Source: Octopus sinensis (taxonomy: Eukaryota). From it: a DNA stretch of 64,000 bases. Positions 25,141-38,685 of this stretch are shown here, piece by piece; positions within the stretch are counted from its first letter, which is position 1; every line of letters begins with the position of its first letter. The position numbers and the translations under genes are program-made. The notes under the pieces are model-generated. The model was not told the DNA's origin, searched no databases, and worked only from the letters and a program-made list of their open reading frames with translations. The stretch lies in contig NC_043016.1 in NCBI RefSeq assembly GCF_006345805.1, forward strand, positions 23,126,001 to 23,190,000, written 5' to 3'.

Positions 25141-27559
25141 GAAATGAAAATAAGTGTCCGAATAATTAATTAATGAAATATTAAAACAAAATCATTTTAT
25201 TTGGGTGGGGTGGGGGTGGGGGCTAAAATATGAAAGCAAAAGTATTTGATTTGTAGAGTCAAAAATAACATGAATGTCTTGTTATCCATAGCTTCTGTTC
25301 CTGGAAAATTCTTGTAAATAAGTTAGGAACAGTACGTCTGATTGCTATTCATAACAATTTACAATTTCTAACTTTGGATTTCCGGTTTCAGTAACATTCA
25401 TATCGAAAGAGTGTCAGGGCTGGAATTCCTCGAGATTAGATGTCTTTATAAAATTAAATAAAGCTTTATAAAACAAGTACTATTCGCCATTTTAAACATA
25501 ACATGTCTCATAAGATCATTGATGTAGAGTCCACTTTTTCACGCTTGCATGCGTCAGACGAAATTCGTTGAGACAGATTTTCTAAGTAAGATGCTATTTC
25601 TCCAATGCAAGTCACGACTACATGGAAGGTTGGAAACGAATTACACCACCTGTATGACGATGATACTCGTTCACAACTATTTCACAAAGTCAGGTCAATG
25701 AGGCACACACACGTTGAACTTCTTTTAGTTTTCGCCTACCATATTTGCTGACAATTCTTTACTCAACAGGAGACACACAATGGGATTGAAACCCAAACCA
25801 CTTGGTTTGAGAAGCGAACTTCTTTGCCATACAGCCATGTCTACGCCTATATGAATAAAATTTCTATCCAGAACAGTTCTTACTTCATTTAATATCTTAA
25901 GATTAGGGTGGAAGAGGATGTCTCTAAAATATGTATATGGGATCTATAAAATAGGGGGAAATTGTAAAAAGCTTTCACAAAATAATGAGAAGTAAACATG
26001 CACACATGGAAAACAAGAATTAATTTTTAAAAACACAATCACAAAATGATGCTGTAAAACTATAATGCTATTTTAAATCGCTGAAAGATATATTTCATTG
26101 GGACAAATTACAAGTGATGCCTCTTAAATAATCTAGTATCTTGTGATTTTGATATTCGTCTTTAGATTGTTTTATTTAAAAATTTTTATTTATTTATTTA
26201 TTTTGCAACGTTAAAAGTTCATGCAATATATACTGATCACAGGATGGAGTTTGTCTTTGAATTTTCTTTTTCTGAACTCTGCACACAACTAGCATGACAT
26301 ATTTGCCAATGGTATGATTAGCATGATGGTGAATTTAGATGGTGTACTGGTTCACAGTAAAATTATTTTGTAATGAAATTACTTGGCACTGTATTTAACA
26401 TGATGTAAATACCTGGGATGAATTTAGCTTATCACTTTTGGATTAACTGCTATTTAGGAAGCACATCAACTTACTGATCATGTGATGCACAGAGGCCTCT
26501 TTTGTTGTTTGGTTGATGGTTTTTTCAGTACTGAGTAAAATCATTCAAATTTGCAGGATTACAAGATTTTTCTCGAAGCACTGTGGGTCATTTTTTTTTT
26601 TTTTTCTGCTTGGACTGCTGCAAGTTGGCTATGATTGATGTTCTTGTGAGATAATGACTGAGTTATGCTGTTGTGTGTAAATGTAGAGATACATGTCTAA
26701 GTAGCTGGTTTCAGTTACTTGCCTAACAGTTCTGGTTAGTGAGGAGTAAAGAACATGTACTGTCAGTGATAGTTGGCATAGAACTAGCAAGGCTTCAACA
26801 AGTGTGCTAACTTGAAGCATAGTGCCTGGGAGATGGGCTTGTTGCTGTGGTGTGTAGTCACTGTAAAGTAGTGGTCAGATGACCCAGCAAGTAATAGGGA
26901 CAATGATAATTTGATTGAGTTGGAAGGTGAAAGATACTCAGCACCCTCAAGTTGTTTAAAGTTGGAGTTTTTTTGTGTTGGTCAGGAATGCAAATAGAGG
27001 ATAGCACTTAGATGTAAAAAAGGCTTTGGTCAGCCTGGGGTTATAGGTGATGACAATTGCCCAAGGTACCATATGGTAGAGCTGAAATTGAAACCATGTG
27101 TTTGGCAAAGAAACTTCTTAATCACACAAACATACATGTATGTACATATATACGTCCCTGTAACTTAGCAGTTCAGCAAAAGTGACTGATAGAATAGGTA
27201 CCAATTACTGGGGTTGGTTTGACTAAAGATTCTTCAAGGCTGTGCTCCAGCATGGCCACAGTATAATGTCTGAAATAAATGAGAGTATATACACATAGAA
27301 ACACACACACACACACACATTTAACTTCTGAAATGTACGGTAAGCGTCACACTCTAGATGTATCTAGACTATCTTGAAGCAAAGTAAAGATCTGCAGTAG
27401 CCGACTAAAACCAGTCACTTTTACTCAAACACAACATTGACAGTAGCCTATATTGTGTGAGTATGTATGTATTACTGCCAAATTGCTGTTGGTTTACTTA
27501 AAACTAATTCTTGTTAGTAATCTGCATATGCATTTTTGTGCTTTGTGGTAAAGGCTGCC

Positions 27560-27970
27560 ACCAACACACTTAATTTTAACTAATTTAGCATAAATGATGT
27601 TCTATTTCCCTTCATAAGCTGTTACCTAGTATAAGGCTCCAAGGTGTCTGTTATGCATTGCTGCCTCAGGAATTGTCATGCTTACTGTGGTTGTGATACT
27701 CTTGCTTTGTTCTGATTCTCATGAGCGTAGGCAACAATCCATATCAGCCCACTAAAATTGGGTATTTGTCTTACTCTCTCCTACCTAGTTACTTTTAGTC
27801 AGATAATTAACAGAAGACTTGTATATTGATGTGTTACACTTTGCTGGTGACCCTATTTTGGTCTGTGCAATTTTTTTTGTCCTGTTTAGCTTAGGCAGTG
27901 CCAACCTGTTTAATTTTAGGGTTACTTGGTTGGAAGTCCCAACTTGTACAGAAATGATATGAGGCATTGT
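27560..27970 (-). mobile_element. Possible old RTE/BovB-like AP-endonuclease relic
   Basis: HIISVQVGTSNQVTLKLNRL weakly resembles the IGTWNVRTL N-terminus; heavily decayed. Confidence 0.4.
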
Positions 27971-28031
27971 GCATTGTTTTATAGCTGGATGCCTCTCCTT
28001 TTGCTAAGTCTTACCTGCCACTGAAACAAGT

Positions 28032-28075
<44 letters not shown>

Positions 28076-28084
28076 GCTATGGGA

Positions 28085-29145
28085 TGGGACAATATAGGGA
28101 TGCTGGGGTTGGAATGTGTAGGGTGGGGTAATGAAGGAGGGGTGACGATGAAAGGAGAGAGTGGAAGGGAGAAGGTGGGTAGGAGTGAAGAGAGGAAAGG
28201 TGGGTGGGAGGAAGAGGGAGAATTGAGCCCATGTGGTGCAAAGGAGCGAAAAGAAGATTAATCCCTGCTCACAGCAATGACGGGAGTCTGGATGGCCCCT
28301 GTGCAAGGACAATCTGTACACAGGTGTTGTAAAGAGTGACTGGTAGAGCAGAAATGGCACGAGACCGGGGTGTTGTTGCTGAATCAGATGTCTTGAAGGT
28401 GTTCTGAGAACCGGTCAGCCAAGCAGTGTCCCATTTGACCGATGTATAGAGAACGGCAGAGAGAGCAGGAGATGTGGTAGATGACATTGCTAGAAGTGCA
28501 GGTGAAGGAGTCAGTGATATGATAGGGTCAATGATGGGTGCCTGTGGAGTTCGAGAGGTAAGGGCAAGTACGGCAGCATGGGCGGGAGCAGGGGAATGAG
28601 CCAGGTTGGGTTAGGGAAGAAGCTGTGGACCAAGAGATCTCGTAGGTTGTGGGCTTGTTTGAAGGAGGGGAGGGGTCGGTTAGGGAAGATGTGCAAAGTG
28701 GAGGGGTCAGACTGGAGTTGCCGGAAGGCTCAAAGAATGGTGCATTAGAGAGGTGGGGTGGAAGATAAGGGGAAAAGGAGATGGGTACGGCGGGGCGGGT
28801 GCAGGGGGAGAGAGCAGACTCACAGTCCACGGAATGTGCTCTGGCAAGGGCAGTGTGGATAGTAGTGAGCCATTAATTGAGACTGAGTCTCAAAATCATG
28901 GTTGTCACTGTAGAGCCTGCGTAGATGGAAGAATTGGGAATAGGGGATGGAGAGCTTGGTGTGTTTAGGGTGGGAGGAGGAGAAGTTGAGGTATGAGTGT
29001 GAATCTGTGTGTTTGTAGTGGATGGAGGTGGTGAGAGTGGAATGATGAATGCTGACCGAAGTGTCAAGAAAGGCAACTGAGGTGTCGGAAAGATTTGACA
29101 AAAGAAAGGAAAGAGTCTAGATGTTCGTGAGAGAATGAGGTTAGA
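28085..29145 (-). mobile_element. Penelope-like element (Neptune-type) RT thumb, Cys knuckle and GIY-YIG endonuclease
   Basis: FLDTSV..YKHTDSHSYLNFSSSHPKHTKLSIPYSQF, PCSRPCCRTCPY, CTSSNVIYHISCSLCRSLYIGQMGHCLADRFSEH; frameshifted. Confidence 0.9.
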
Positions 29146-29150
29146 CCGAT

Positions 29151-29314
29151 CATCATCATCATCGTTTAATGTCCGTTTTCCATGCTAGCATGGGTTGGAC
29201 GGTTCGACCGGGATCTGGGAAGCCAGAAGACTGCTCCAGGCTGATCTGGCAGTGTGTTTACAGCTGGATGTCCTTCCTAACGCCAACCACTCCATGAGTG
29301 TAGTAGGTGCTTTT
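29151..29314 (-). mobile_element. RTE 3'-UTR stub
   Basis: Reverse complement of the stub at 10993-11177. Further copies at approx. 7284, 15998, 19385, 30210, 37920, 43505, 53047 and 55005. Confidence 0.85.
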
Positions 29315-29689
29315 CACTACACTCACCGATACAGTCGTCAATATAACGGCTGTATAGTTCAGGAGTGGGACCAGTGAAACTTGAGAATATTTGGGCCTCA
29401 ATGTAGCCAACAAATGGGTTCACATAGTTGGCGACCCATTCTCATATATATATAGAGTAAAATGAAGTAACAAAATATTTGGTGTTACAAACATTTAATT
29501 TAGATAGAGCCGTTTCTAGAATAGCCAAGCATATGGATCATGATGTTGAGTAAGGGTTCCATAAACTAGATATTTTGTCATCAGAGATAGAAAAGTCAGT
29601 ACATACCTATTACATAACATCAGTTGATGAAACCTCCTTCTGTGTGTGTGTAAACACACACACACTTTTGTTGAGCATTGAAGATGGAG

Positions 29690-29960
29690 TATTGTGCATA
29701 ACCTTTGAAGGTCTCCAAGACTGGTGAGCTCAATACTAATGTTTTGGGAAGAAAGGACTGGACATATGGTTTGGGCACATCAAAAATAGCACCTGGAAAT
29801 ATGACTGGATGGGGAATGCTAGAATGATGGAGATATAAGACCTGCCTGCTCCAAGAAAGAGAGGCTATTACAGTAATGCTTGTGGACCAGATGCTGGAGT
29901 GTATGTTAGTGTCTGAATACCATTTAGTTGAGTAGCTCTTCTTTGGATGTAGACCAGGAT
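29690..29960 (-). mobile_element. CR1/L2-group LINE 3' relic
   Basis: IQRRATQL...PFFPKT resembles the QRRA.RL...SFFP.T C-terminal signature. Confidence 0.5.
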
Positions 29961-30166
29961 GTTTGTGTGCATAATAACAGCAAAGATTACTGAAAATTAT
30001 ATATAATAGGTTCAGGTGTGACTATTAAGAAGCTTGCTTCTCAACCATATGGTTCCAGGTTCAGTCCCACTGCGTGGTACCTTGGGCAAGTTCTTCTACT
30101 ATAATCTTGGGCCAATCAAAGCCTTGTGAGTGGATTTGGTAGGTGGAAACTGAAACAAGCTTGTTA

Positions 30167-30199
<33 letters not shown>

Positions 30200-32204
30200 T
30201 GTCATCATCACCATTTAACATCTGCCCTCCAAGTTGACATGGTTTTGACAGTTTAACAAGAGTCTGCACCAGACTTCTGTGTCTATTTTGGCAGTGTTTC
30301 ATGGCCGGATGCCCTTCCTAACACCAACCACCCAGCAGAGTGGACCAAGTGCTTTTTACATGGTACAAGTGCAGGTGAAGTCAGTTTTAGCAAGGTTTTT
30401 ACAACTGGATGCCATTTCAAATGCCAACCACTTTACAGTGTAGACTGGATGCTTTTTACATGGCATCAGCACTGGCAGGGTCATCAAGTAACTTGCAAGA
30501 CAAAGATCCTTTGAGAGGGGGTGGGGCATCGAAAGAAGTGGCCTTGTTCCAGGTAATGAGAGGTTAGTGTGACAGACAGAAACAGGTGACTTGCTGTAGT
30601 AGAGGTACATGGTTACCCAACCAGAAAGAGAAAGATTAGGAATGAGGGCAGAAGCAGGTGTGCTGCTGTAGGAGATACATGGTTACCCAGCCTAAGAGAA
30701 GAAGAGAGAGAGTGGGAGACATCAAAAGTGCAAGAGGGAGCAGGAAGGAGGTGGTGGCTAAGTGCTGGGCATACTCACAAGAGATGGGGGATCAGAATAT
30801 AAATGGGATGGTTGAGTAAAAGAAGAGATAGCTGGTGGCAAGTGCCTGGGCATACCTTTGAGGTACAGAGCTCATAATAAGTGGCAGGACATTGCCAAAA
30901 AGGTGTGTGTGGAAAATCGGTGTGTGTTTGTGGCGTTGTTACTAACTCCTCCTACTTGTTTTATTGATTTTGATGAAACGTGACACTTGGGTAGAACTCA
31001 TGTCTGGAAACCTCATGACATATTAGATTGTTGAAAGAATCGATAATACGGCCCCTAGAAGGGACCTTTATATCTACCTCATATAACTAATTTTTTTTAA
31101 ACACCTAAGGGAAATAACCCATAGCATCTGCACAATAATTTTTTTAAAACACTCAAGGGAAATAATCCATTTCATTGTTTATGTTTGATTACTTTGAATA
31201 TTGATTTTTTTTGTATGTCCAATTTCTAATTTTTGCAGACAGTATCATTTTATTTGACACGCGAGTAGAACTCGTGTCTGGAAATCTCGTGACATACTTA
31301 AATTGTTGAAAAAAATCCTAATTTACTAATATTTTAGTTGAACAACCCAAGGGAAATAACCCATACCACCTGCAGTTTTTTAGCAAAGCGATCAATAACT
31401 GATTCTCATGATCAGCTGACCTAATTCTGCATTTCACTATTCAGTTTTGAGCTGCTAAACATTATTGCATTTCCTTAATTTGAATCTTAAACATTTCTAT
31501 ACATACATATTTTTTGAATGCCCATTACTCCGATAATTGTCCATTTTTAGAGTTACACTTTTTCCATGACAGTAGATGAATTTTTTATTCCACAATGTAT
31601 TTGTAGTGGTTTCATGCAGGCATAGTGTAGATTCGATCCTTGATTGCCAAATTTCACTTAACACTTCAACAGTGCTTTTCTCACAGTAAAACAATAGTGT
31701 TTCTGTGAATGACAGCAGTTATACATCTCCCAGATGCTTTCGCTAAGCAGAATAATGTCTTTGCCGCTTGACCCTTCTAACCTCTTCTAGACCAACACTG
31801 GCTGGAATGGAGATAATAGACCTCCAACAAAATCATTTGTTCTCAACAATATGTCTATCCTTCTAATTGCTTTTTGATAGTTATAAAAACAAGAACTCTG
31901 TAAGCTAAAGGCAGTTACTGAGAGCAACCATCAGTGAGTATTGCTCTTTCTTCAAACACTTCATTCATATATTTATATAACTTCTCTCACCAACCTCCGA
32001 CAATCTTTCTCACCAACCTCTGAAAACCTCTCTTGCCAACCTCCAACAATCTCTCGCTCCTCCAGCTAACAGTTTTTTGTATTTTCGTAACAGAAAATAC
32101 ACCTTGTGGCAGTTATAATGAAATTGCTTTCTTATATCAGAGTAATAAGGCGTTTCAATAGAACATCTTTATCCCTAGGAATCACCAGGTACATCAGCCA
32201 GCTA

Positions 32205-32255
<51 letters not shown>

Positions 32256-32644
32256 TTTCGGAGAGGCACAAGCACCTACACGTACAAATACACACACGGC
32301 AGTAACTTCGCCTGCCGAATTCAATCACAAAGCTTCGGTCGGCTCGGGGCTATAGCGGAAGACACCTACCCAAAGTGCCACGCAGTGGGACTGAACCCGA
32401 AACCATGTAGCTAGGAAGCAAGCTCCCTAACCACACAGCCATGCCCGATATGCGTATATTTAATGTGTGTGTCTGTTTGTTCCCATCACTATTGATTGAC
32501 AACTGATGTTGGTGTGTTTAGAGACCAATAGAATAAGTACTAGGCTTACAAAGAATAAGTCATGGGGTTGATTTGTTCAACGAAAAACATTTAAGATGGC
32601 ACTTCAGCCAGGTCACAGTGGAATGACAAACAAATACAGGAATT

Positions 32645-33059
32645 GGATCTTTTCGGTTTGAACGGCAGTTTTTTCCAGTGGTGTCATATGAAATTGTCAC
32701 CCATAATTATGACCCTAGTATCGATCTATTGCATTTCAATCTGTTTTAGTTAGGGTTAGGGGTGGGGGGAAGGGTATCTTTTTTTCTCCAGAAATGTAAA
32801 TAAACCCAATCTGTTTCTTAAACGAGGGACATATTCATACGGCACAGAATGTTTTCACCTCAATAGACATCATTGATTGGTTGAAATTGCAGAAATTGAA
32901 GAAAAACAACAACAAATATCTTACAAACTATAGAATTTTCTCAATAAAGCCAAGAGAAAAAGATGTTTTATAAACACATTCTACCTGTATACAAAGTTTA
33001 AAAGTGTTTAGTTACGTGGAAATTATTTTTAAAAACTGCCATTCAAACCGAAAAGATCC
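32645..33059. mobile_element. MITE with approx. 29-bp TIRs and probable 8-bp TSD (hAT- or Merlin-like)
   Basis: Left GGATCTTTTCGGTTTGAACGGCAGTTTTT; right end is its reverse complement with 1 mismatch; flanks CAGGAATT / CAGGAATC. Confidence 0.8.
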
Positions 33060-33064
33060 CAGGA

Positions 33065-33370
33065 ATCTATTATCTTAGAGATGTCGGAGGTTAGAGCAAT
33101 AGGATAATACTTGACTAGGTCAAAGTGTTGCCTTTTTTTGGAGTGGGTACATACTACTGTGTGTTTCTGAATGTTAGGGAGTATATATCCTAGTAGAGAG
33201 TAAACGATTAAAGAGTTTAGTGAGTATAGGAGCAATTTCTAGGGAACAAAGCTTGAGCAAAAGAAGGTGGTGACTCTGATTCTCTATCTGAAGATGTATA
33301 TCTGCAGCTACGAAACTTTGTAGCTGAGTTAACTTGTTATTAAATACTAACAACTCCAACAACATTACCG
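33065..33370 (-). mobile_element. CR1/L2-group LINE RT relic
   Basis: LKLCSLEIAPILTKLFN...YYPIALTSDISKIID (cf. LK.CAPELAP.L.KLF..NYRPIALTS). Confidence 0.7.
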
Positions 33371-33466
33371 AGTGCTACTTTCTTTCATGTGTGTGTGTGT
33401 GTGTGTGTATAAAGTGTTTTTTAATGTATATTATTTGTATTTACTCATATGTTTTATTCTTTGCAG

Positions 33467-33619
33467 GTTGAAAAATGTCGTATCAGAGTGGAATTAGTAA
33501 ATGATAAATATGATGAATTAAAAGGTGAAATAGCTGGGCCTCCAGAAACACCATATGAAGGTGGTAAATTTCAACTAGAAATTAAAATTCCTGAGACATA
33601 TCCATTTAACCCTCCAAAA
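33467..33619 (+). CDS. UBE2K: UBE2K coding exon 2 (VEKCRIRVELVNDKYDELKGEIAGPPETPYEGGKFQLEIKIPETYPFNPPK)
   Basis: Acceptor tttattctttgcag|G, donor AAA|GTATGT; 153 nt, phase 0/0; GPPxTPYEGG and YPFxPPK E2 motifs. Confidence 0.97.
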
Positions 33620-35689
33620 GTATGTTTTTCTATTTTCAGTTTTTTTGTTTGCTTTTCCTTTTTTAAATATGTACTATAGTTACAGCTTTCAGTAAAGACT
33701 ATATGCTAAAATACACCCAAAATTTCCCTTTAATATCCCCTGCTGATATCAGTGTTTTATTTGTCTGTGTGTGTTATATCCTATCTTAATTAAACCTGAT
33801 CAAGAAAAGCATAATAGATAACCTTGAAAAATTACAATAGAAACCAGTTAGGAGTGAGTCAAATCATGAGCACTTTTTCAAAGATGCTAAGATATTAAAC
33901 CTAACAAATTCCATTTGTTCTATAATTATAAAACTTATATGTGGAAATTACATTGCTATTCTTAATGTGAGACCAACCTTAGTGTTAAGCAGAAAATGAA
34001 ATGAAGGACTTAGAAATATATATGATATCAGAACATTGTATCTTTCAAAATTTTCTTGCTTTCTGCCTGCATAAATCCTGATCTGCTTTACACATTTTTC
34101 TCTTCTTTATGTCTCTTTTACTGTTCACTTTTTTTCTTGTGTACTCTGCATTTACTTTTGGCTGTACATTGTTTTCTGGGTTTTTTTTTTCTTTTACTCT
34201 ATTCTGACAAGTAGTTGTTTACCTGAGCACTGTATACAAATAACTCATTATTTTCATTGACATATATATCCACATTTGTTTAGCTCTAGGTCAACCATAA
34301 TAAAGCAAAACATTCTAAACGTCTTTTTAGGGTGTATCAGGACTATATTATTTAATATGACCTTGCAGTCTTTTTTAAAGATGGTAGTGTTATTTGAAGG
34401 AGATTTGGCTGTTATTTATATCAAATAGTCTCTCTCTCTGTCATTAGATTACTATAATGGAGCGGTGCATGCATCCATCAAGCATTCAGTGAAGTACTAT
34501 CATGTTTAGTTATGTTTAATAGTGTTTCTTTTCTCTCCGTGTTGGTATGAGTTAGACAAGTCTTGAAGCAGTATTCTATAGTTAGTTGCCTCTCTTGGCA
34601 ACAACCTTTTGTTTCAGTAAGGCATTTTATTCCACAGGTCTTTTCATATCTTCACTGAGCTGTCAGTCATATTGTTTATGTCAATGTGAAAACACACACA
34701 TACATACACATGTACAGTTTCTGTCTCCCAAATTTCATTCAGAAGGCATTGGTCAGTCTGAGATTACAGCAGAAGACACTTGTCTAAGGTACCACAATAA
34801 GAATGAACATGATGCTACATAATTGCAAAGTAAACTTAATCAAATAGCTTGTTCCATAACTTTTCATCATTTAACTTTGAACTACTTTACTATCTGTCTC
34901 TTAATTGAACATCTGTTTAGTGTTCAACAATAGAAAATGAAAGTAACTCTAACTGGAAATATTGATTGTTACATTAATAGTGCAAAGAGGAATGATTTCT
35001 GTTTTGGTTGACTTCTCTTTTCGTTATAATACTTGAGTGTCCCACTCATATTTTGTCTCAGAACAATAAAGAAAATGGTATGGCTCTCTTTGAAGTAGCT
35101 GAATGCTGCAGAGTCAGTATCCTGGGAACTGAAAATGTTGACTGAGAGTATGGTTGTTAATATCTTAAGAATTTAGAAACTTTGAAAGACATGAAATAAT
35201 TTGTTTTTAACAGTGGAACTTGAAGTAGATGAAGCTATAAGAATTAGCACGTACATATTGAGTTAAAAAACCCATTGGTAAAATGTTTGTCATATTTACA
35301 AAGTCCCATGGGCAGCATTCAACTTTTCTGTCCAAATGGTTTTTTTTAACCCAGTATATACATGCTATTATTTATGGCTTCATCTACTTCGAATTCAACC
35401 ATTAAAAATGAATTATTTCATTTCCCCTTCAACTTTCTAAATTCTTATGATGTAAACAACATTCAATTCTCTCTAGTAAGAACAAAATTTCTAAAGTAGC
35501 TAACAAAATTTGAAGGATCTTTTGGTCCAGTGGTAGAACACCTGTCATATTTACAGATGTAGGTTTGAGTACCGCAGGCAGCTTTCAACTTTTTCTATTC
35601 AAAGGGATTTTTGACCCAATATTTACATGGTATAATTTAAAACTTTATGAAATATGTTTTTCGGCTTTGTCCCAGAATGATGTACTACC

Positions 35690-36780
35690 ACTGCCATATC
35701 CATTGCAAGACAACTGCAAAAAAATACATGGTTTGAGATAGGCCCCTATACCTAATGTTCAGAGATCTGGAGATCTTTGTCTGTTGTCTTTCACATCTTG
35801 ATTTGTTGCTAAGAAAACTAGGAGTAGATGAATGGTTTGTGAGTACTGTATAAGCCATGTATGAAGGGGTAGTTAGCAAGGTGAGAAATCAGCAAGTTCA
35901 GTAAGTTCTCAGGACCTTCCTATTTATTTTAGTCCTTAAAGCCATTACAGGAATTTAAGACCAACTATTCTTGGGAACTTCTGTATGCTGAACACTTAAC
36001 TCTGATAGCAGTATCAATAGAAGAATTGAATATGAAATTTCCAACATGGAAGCAAAATCGGGAATTGAAGAACATTAAAATAAACTCAGCAAAAGCACAA
36101 CTTTTAGTAAGAGTAAATGAAAACAGGACCCTTATTGCATCAGGCAAATGGCTGTGCACTATCTTCAGAAAAGGAGTTGGTAGAAATTCTGTTAAGGTGT
36201 GCCAATGTAATCAATGGTCACACAAAAGGTTTAGTGGGATGAAAGGTAGACTAACAAAGTAGGTATTTTATATGCAGCAGCTACATTGGAACAGTAAGCA
36301 CTAAGAATGGTCAAAATATACATTCACCCAAATGCCCAAGCAGTTCCCTAGAAGTTGATTGAATTTGCTGCATAGGTGACCAAATTAGTAGTGAGGAAGC
36401 TAGAATAAATACAGGCTGGAAAAGGTTCAAGGAGTTATTGCTTCCATTGACAATGTAGGGTTTATCTCTCAAGATCAAGGGCAGATTCTACAATACTTGT
36501 GTGTGAGCTGTGCTACTGCATAACAATGAGACATGGGCCATGAATACAGATGCGTGAACAATGAAGTATAAAGGAACTGAAAGACAAAGTGGATACAAAT
36601 GTAGTGTGCAAGAGAGGAGACTGTGCTGGTATTGATATGCAATGATGACAACTCAGCACTTGTTTAAGTGCTGAGTGCTCAAAGTGAATGCTTCTTGTGA
36701 AAGTGGAAAGCCAAAGAAGATTTGGGGTGGAGTGGTTCTTAGTGATCTCCAGGTGTTACATATGACAGAAATGACGAAAG
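35690..36780 (+). mobile_element. Decayed RTE-clade LINE (RT C-half, Cys-rich insert, ORF end)
   Basis: LLRKLGVDEW, KWLCTIFRKGVGRNSVKVCQCNQWSHKR, KGRFYNTCV; collinear with the 39.5-42.3 kb copy. Confidence 0.8.
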
Positions 36781-38633
36781 ATTGTTTTGATTGACAAATT
36801 ACTGTGCTGCAGAAGACCCAACCTTCTATGTAAAATTAGGGCATGCATCCCTCCTTTTTGTATTATTTTGTGCATGCAACAGCCAAGTCTGTTGCCTATT
36901 CTATACTCTTACCTCATCCCACTATCTATTCTCCAAATTGCTGTCTCTATTCTGTACCCTATCATCTCATCTCTTTTTTTCTACTCACTGTGCTGTGCCT
37001 GCTTTATTTGAGAGGAAAGTACTTGATTTGTATATATTGAACATCTCATTTTCTCATACCACAGCCACCTTTCCTCTTGATGCTTGAGTGGGGAGGGATT
37101 GCACACCTTTACTCATCCTCATTTTTCTTCTATAAGTATTCTGTCTTGGACATGTTACCTTGAGGATAAGCGTTAGTCCTTCATCTTATCCATCTCTTTT
37201 CCACACTACTCTACCCACTCATACTATGGAGAGTAGGACTGCATCTCTTAGTCGATGCTCAACACCACTCTTATTCTGATTAACTCTCACACTTCTGACA
37301 TCACTTTTTCCTTCTCTTATCTTGATTTCACACACCACTACCTACCCATGTATAACATGGAGTAGCACTGCATCACCTCCTATTCAACTCTCTTCACTAT
37401 CTTAATTCTCTCTTGGTTTGTCTTACTAATGCTGCAAACACTGCTTTCCTTCCTATTACCTTGACACTATCTCTGTTAGTCACTCCTTTACCATCTTTTC
37501 TCAACAATAAATCTAACTCCAATAACTTTTGAATCACCTGGTATATATTGGTATGGCAGATGGACTGATTCATCCTACTCTACCCAGCTCATCACTATTA
37601 TCATTTTGTTCCCACTTGCCTTCATATTATCATTCCTTTTCCTCTCACTTCTGTCTTCACTACTTCCACCCCAACACTGTTCCCTCTGTTATTCTCTCCA
37701 CTGCCATCCTCTCTTATAGTAAATCTGTTTTCCCATCATGAGAACTCTCTTACACTTTGCAAGCTGCAAGATCTCCAACAATACTGGTGCCATAAAAAGT
37801 ATCCAGTACATTCTGATTAGTTTGAGTAGCTACAATTCAGGGCTTGAGATGTTCTCTTTTGTCTTTCTGACAGCAAAAAAACCTCTGTAGTGGTGGCACC
37901 ATGCAAAAATGCACCTAATACACATTGTAAAGTGATTGATGTTAGGAAGGTACCCAGCCACAGAAATCATCCCTAAAAGGAGACATTGGAGGTTGGAGAA
38001 GATGGGTCCTGTGACTCTTTGAGTCCTATTGAACCATCCTACTCATGCTAGCATGGAAAACAGACATGAAATAAAATTATATATATGTAGATATATAATT
38101 GCACCATGAATATATGTCCATGGTAGTAATTAGCTTATTATTACATGCATGTACACCAGTTTTCTGTGTACAGCAAAATATGGTGTATTGACTATGGCAC
38201 ATTTCAGTTCAATATATTAAAGAAAGATAAAAATGTTGAATGCTAGTTGTTGGCTTTAAACACAATTTAGCATTTTTATCCTGCTTTTTGATAGGAATTA
38301 GAGAAATGTAAAGTAAATGTTAATAGATGGTATTGAAAACATATACAGCATGTACTAAGTTTGGCATGACTTGCATTTAACATTTTTATTTTAATATCAT
38401 CTGTTATAGTTTTTCTTTTATTTGTATTATTGTTATTTACAAACATTGTTAAAACAAATGGTATAGAATAGGCATTAAATAGAACTATCTTTGCCATTGT
38501 TTAATGCTGAAATTTCAAAGCTAGCACGTGGGTTGGATATGGAGAACCAAATGCATCTCTTCATTTGTCATTGTGTCTGTGAAGCCCACATACAAATCTG
38601 ACCTAACCATGCCCACTCAACATACTGCATCTA

Positions 38634-38685
<52 letters not shown>

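Noticed and set aside
32748-32761. Telomeric repeat (TTAGGG)2
   Set aside because: Only two units, inside a MITE; not an interstitial telomere.
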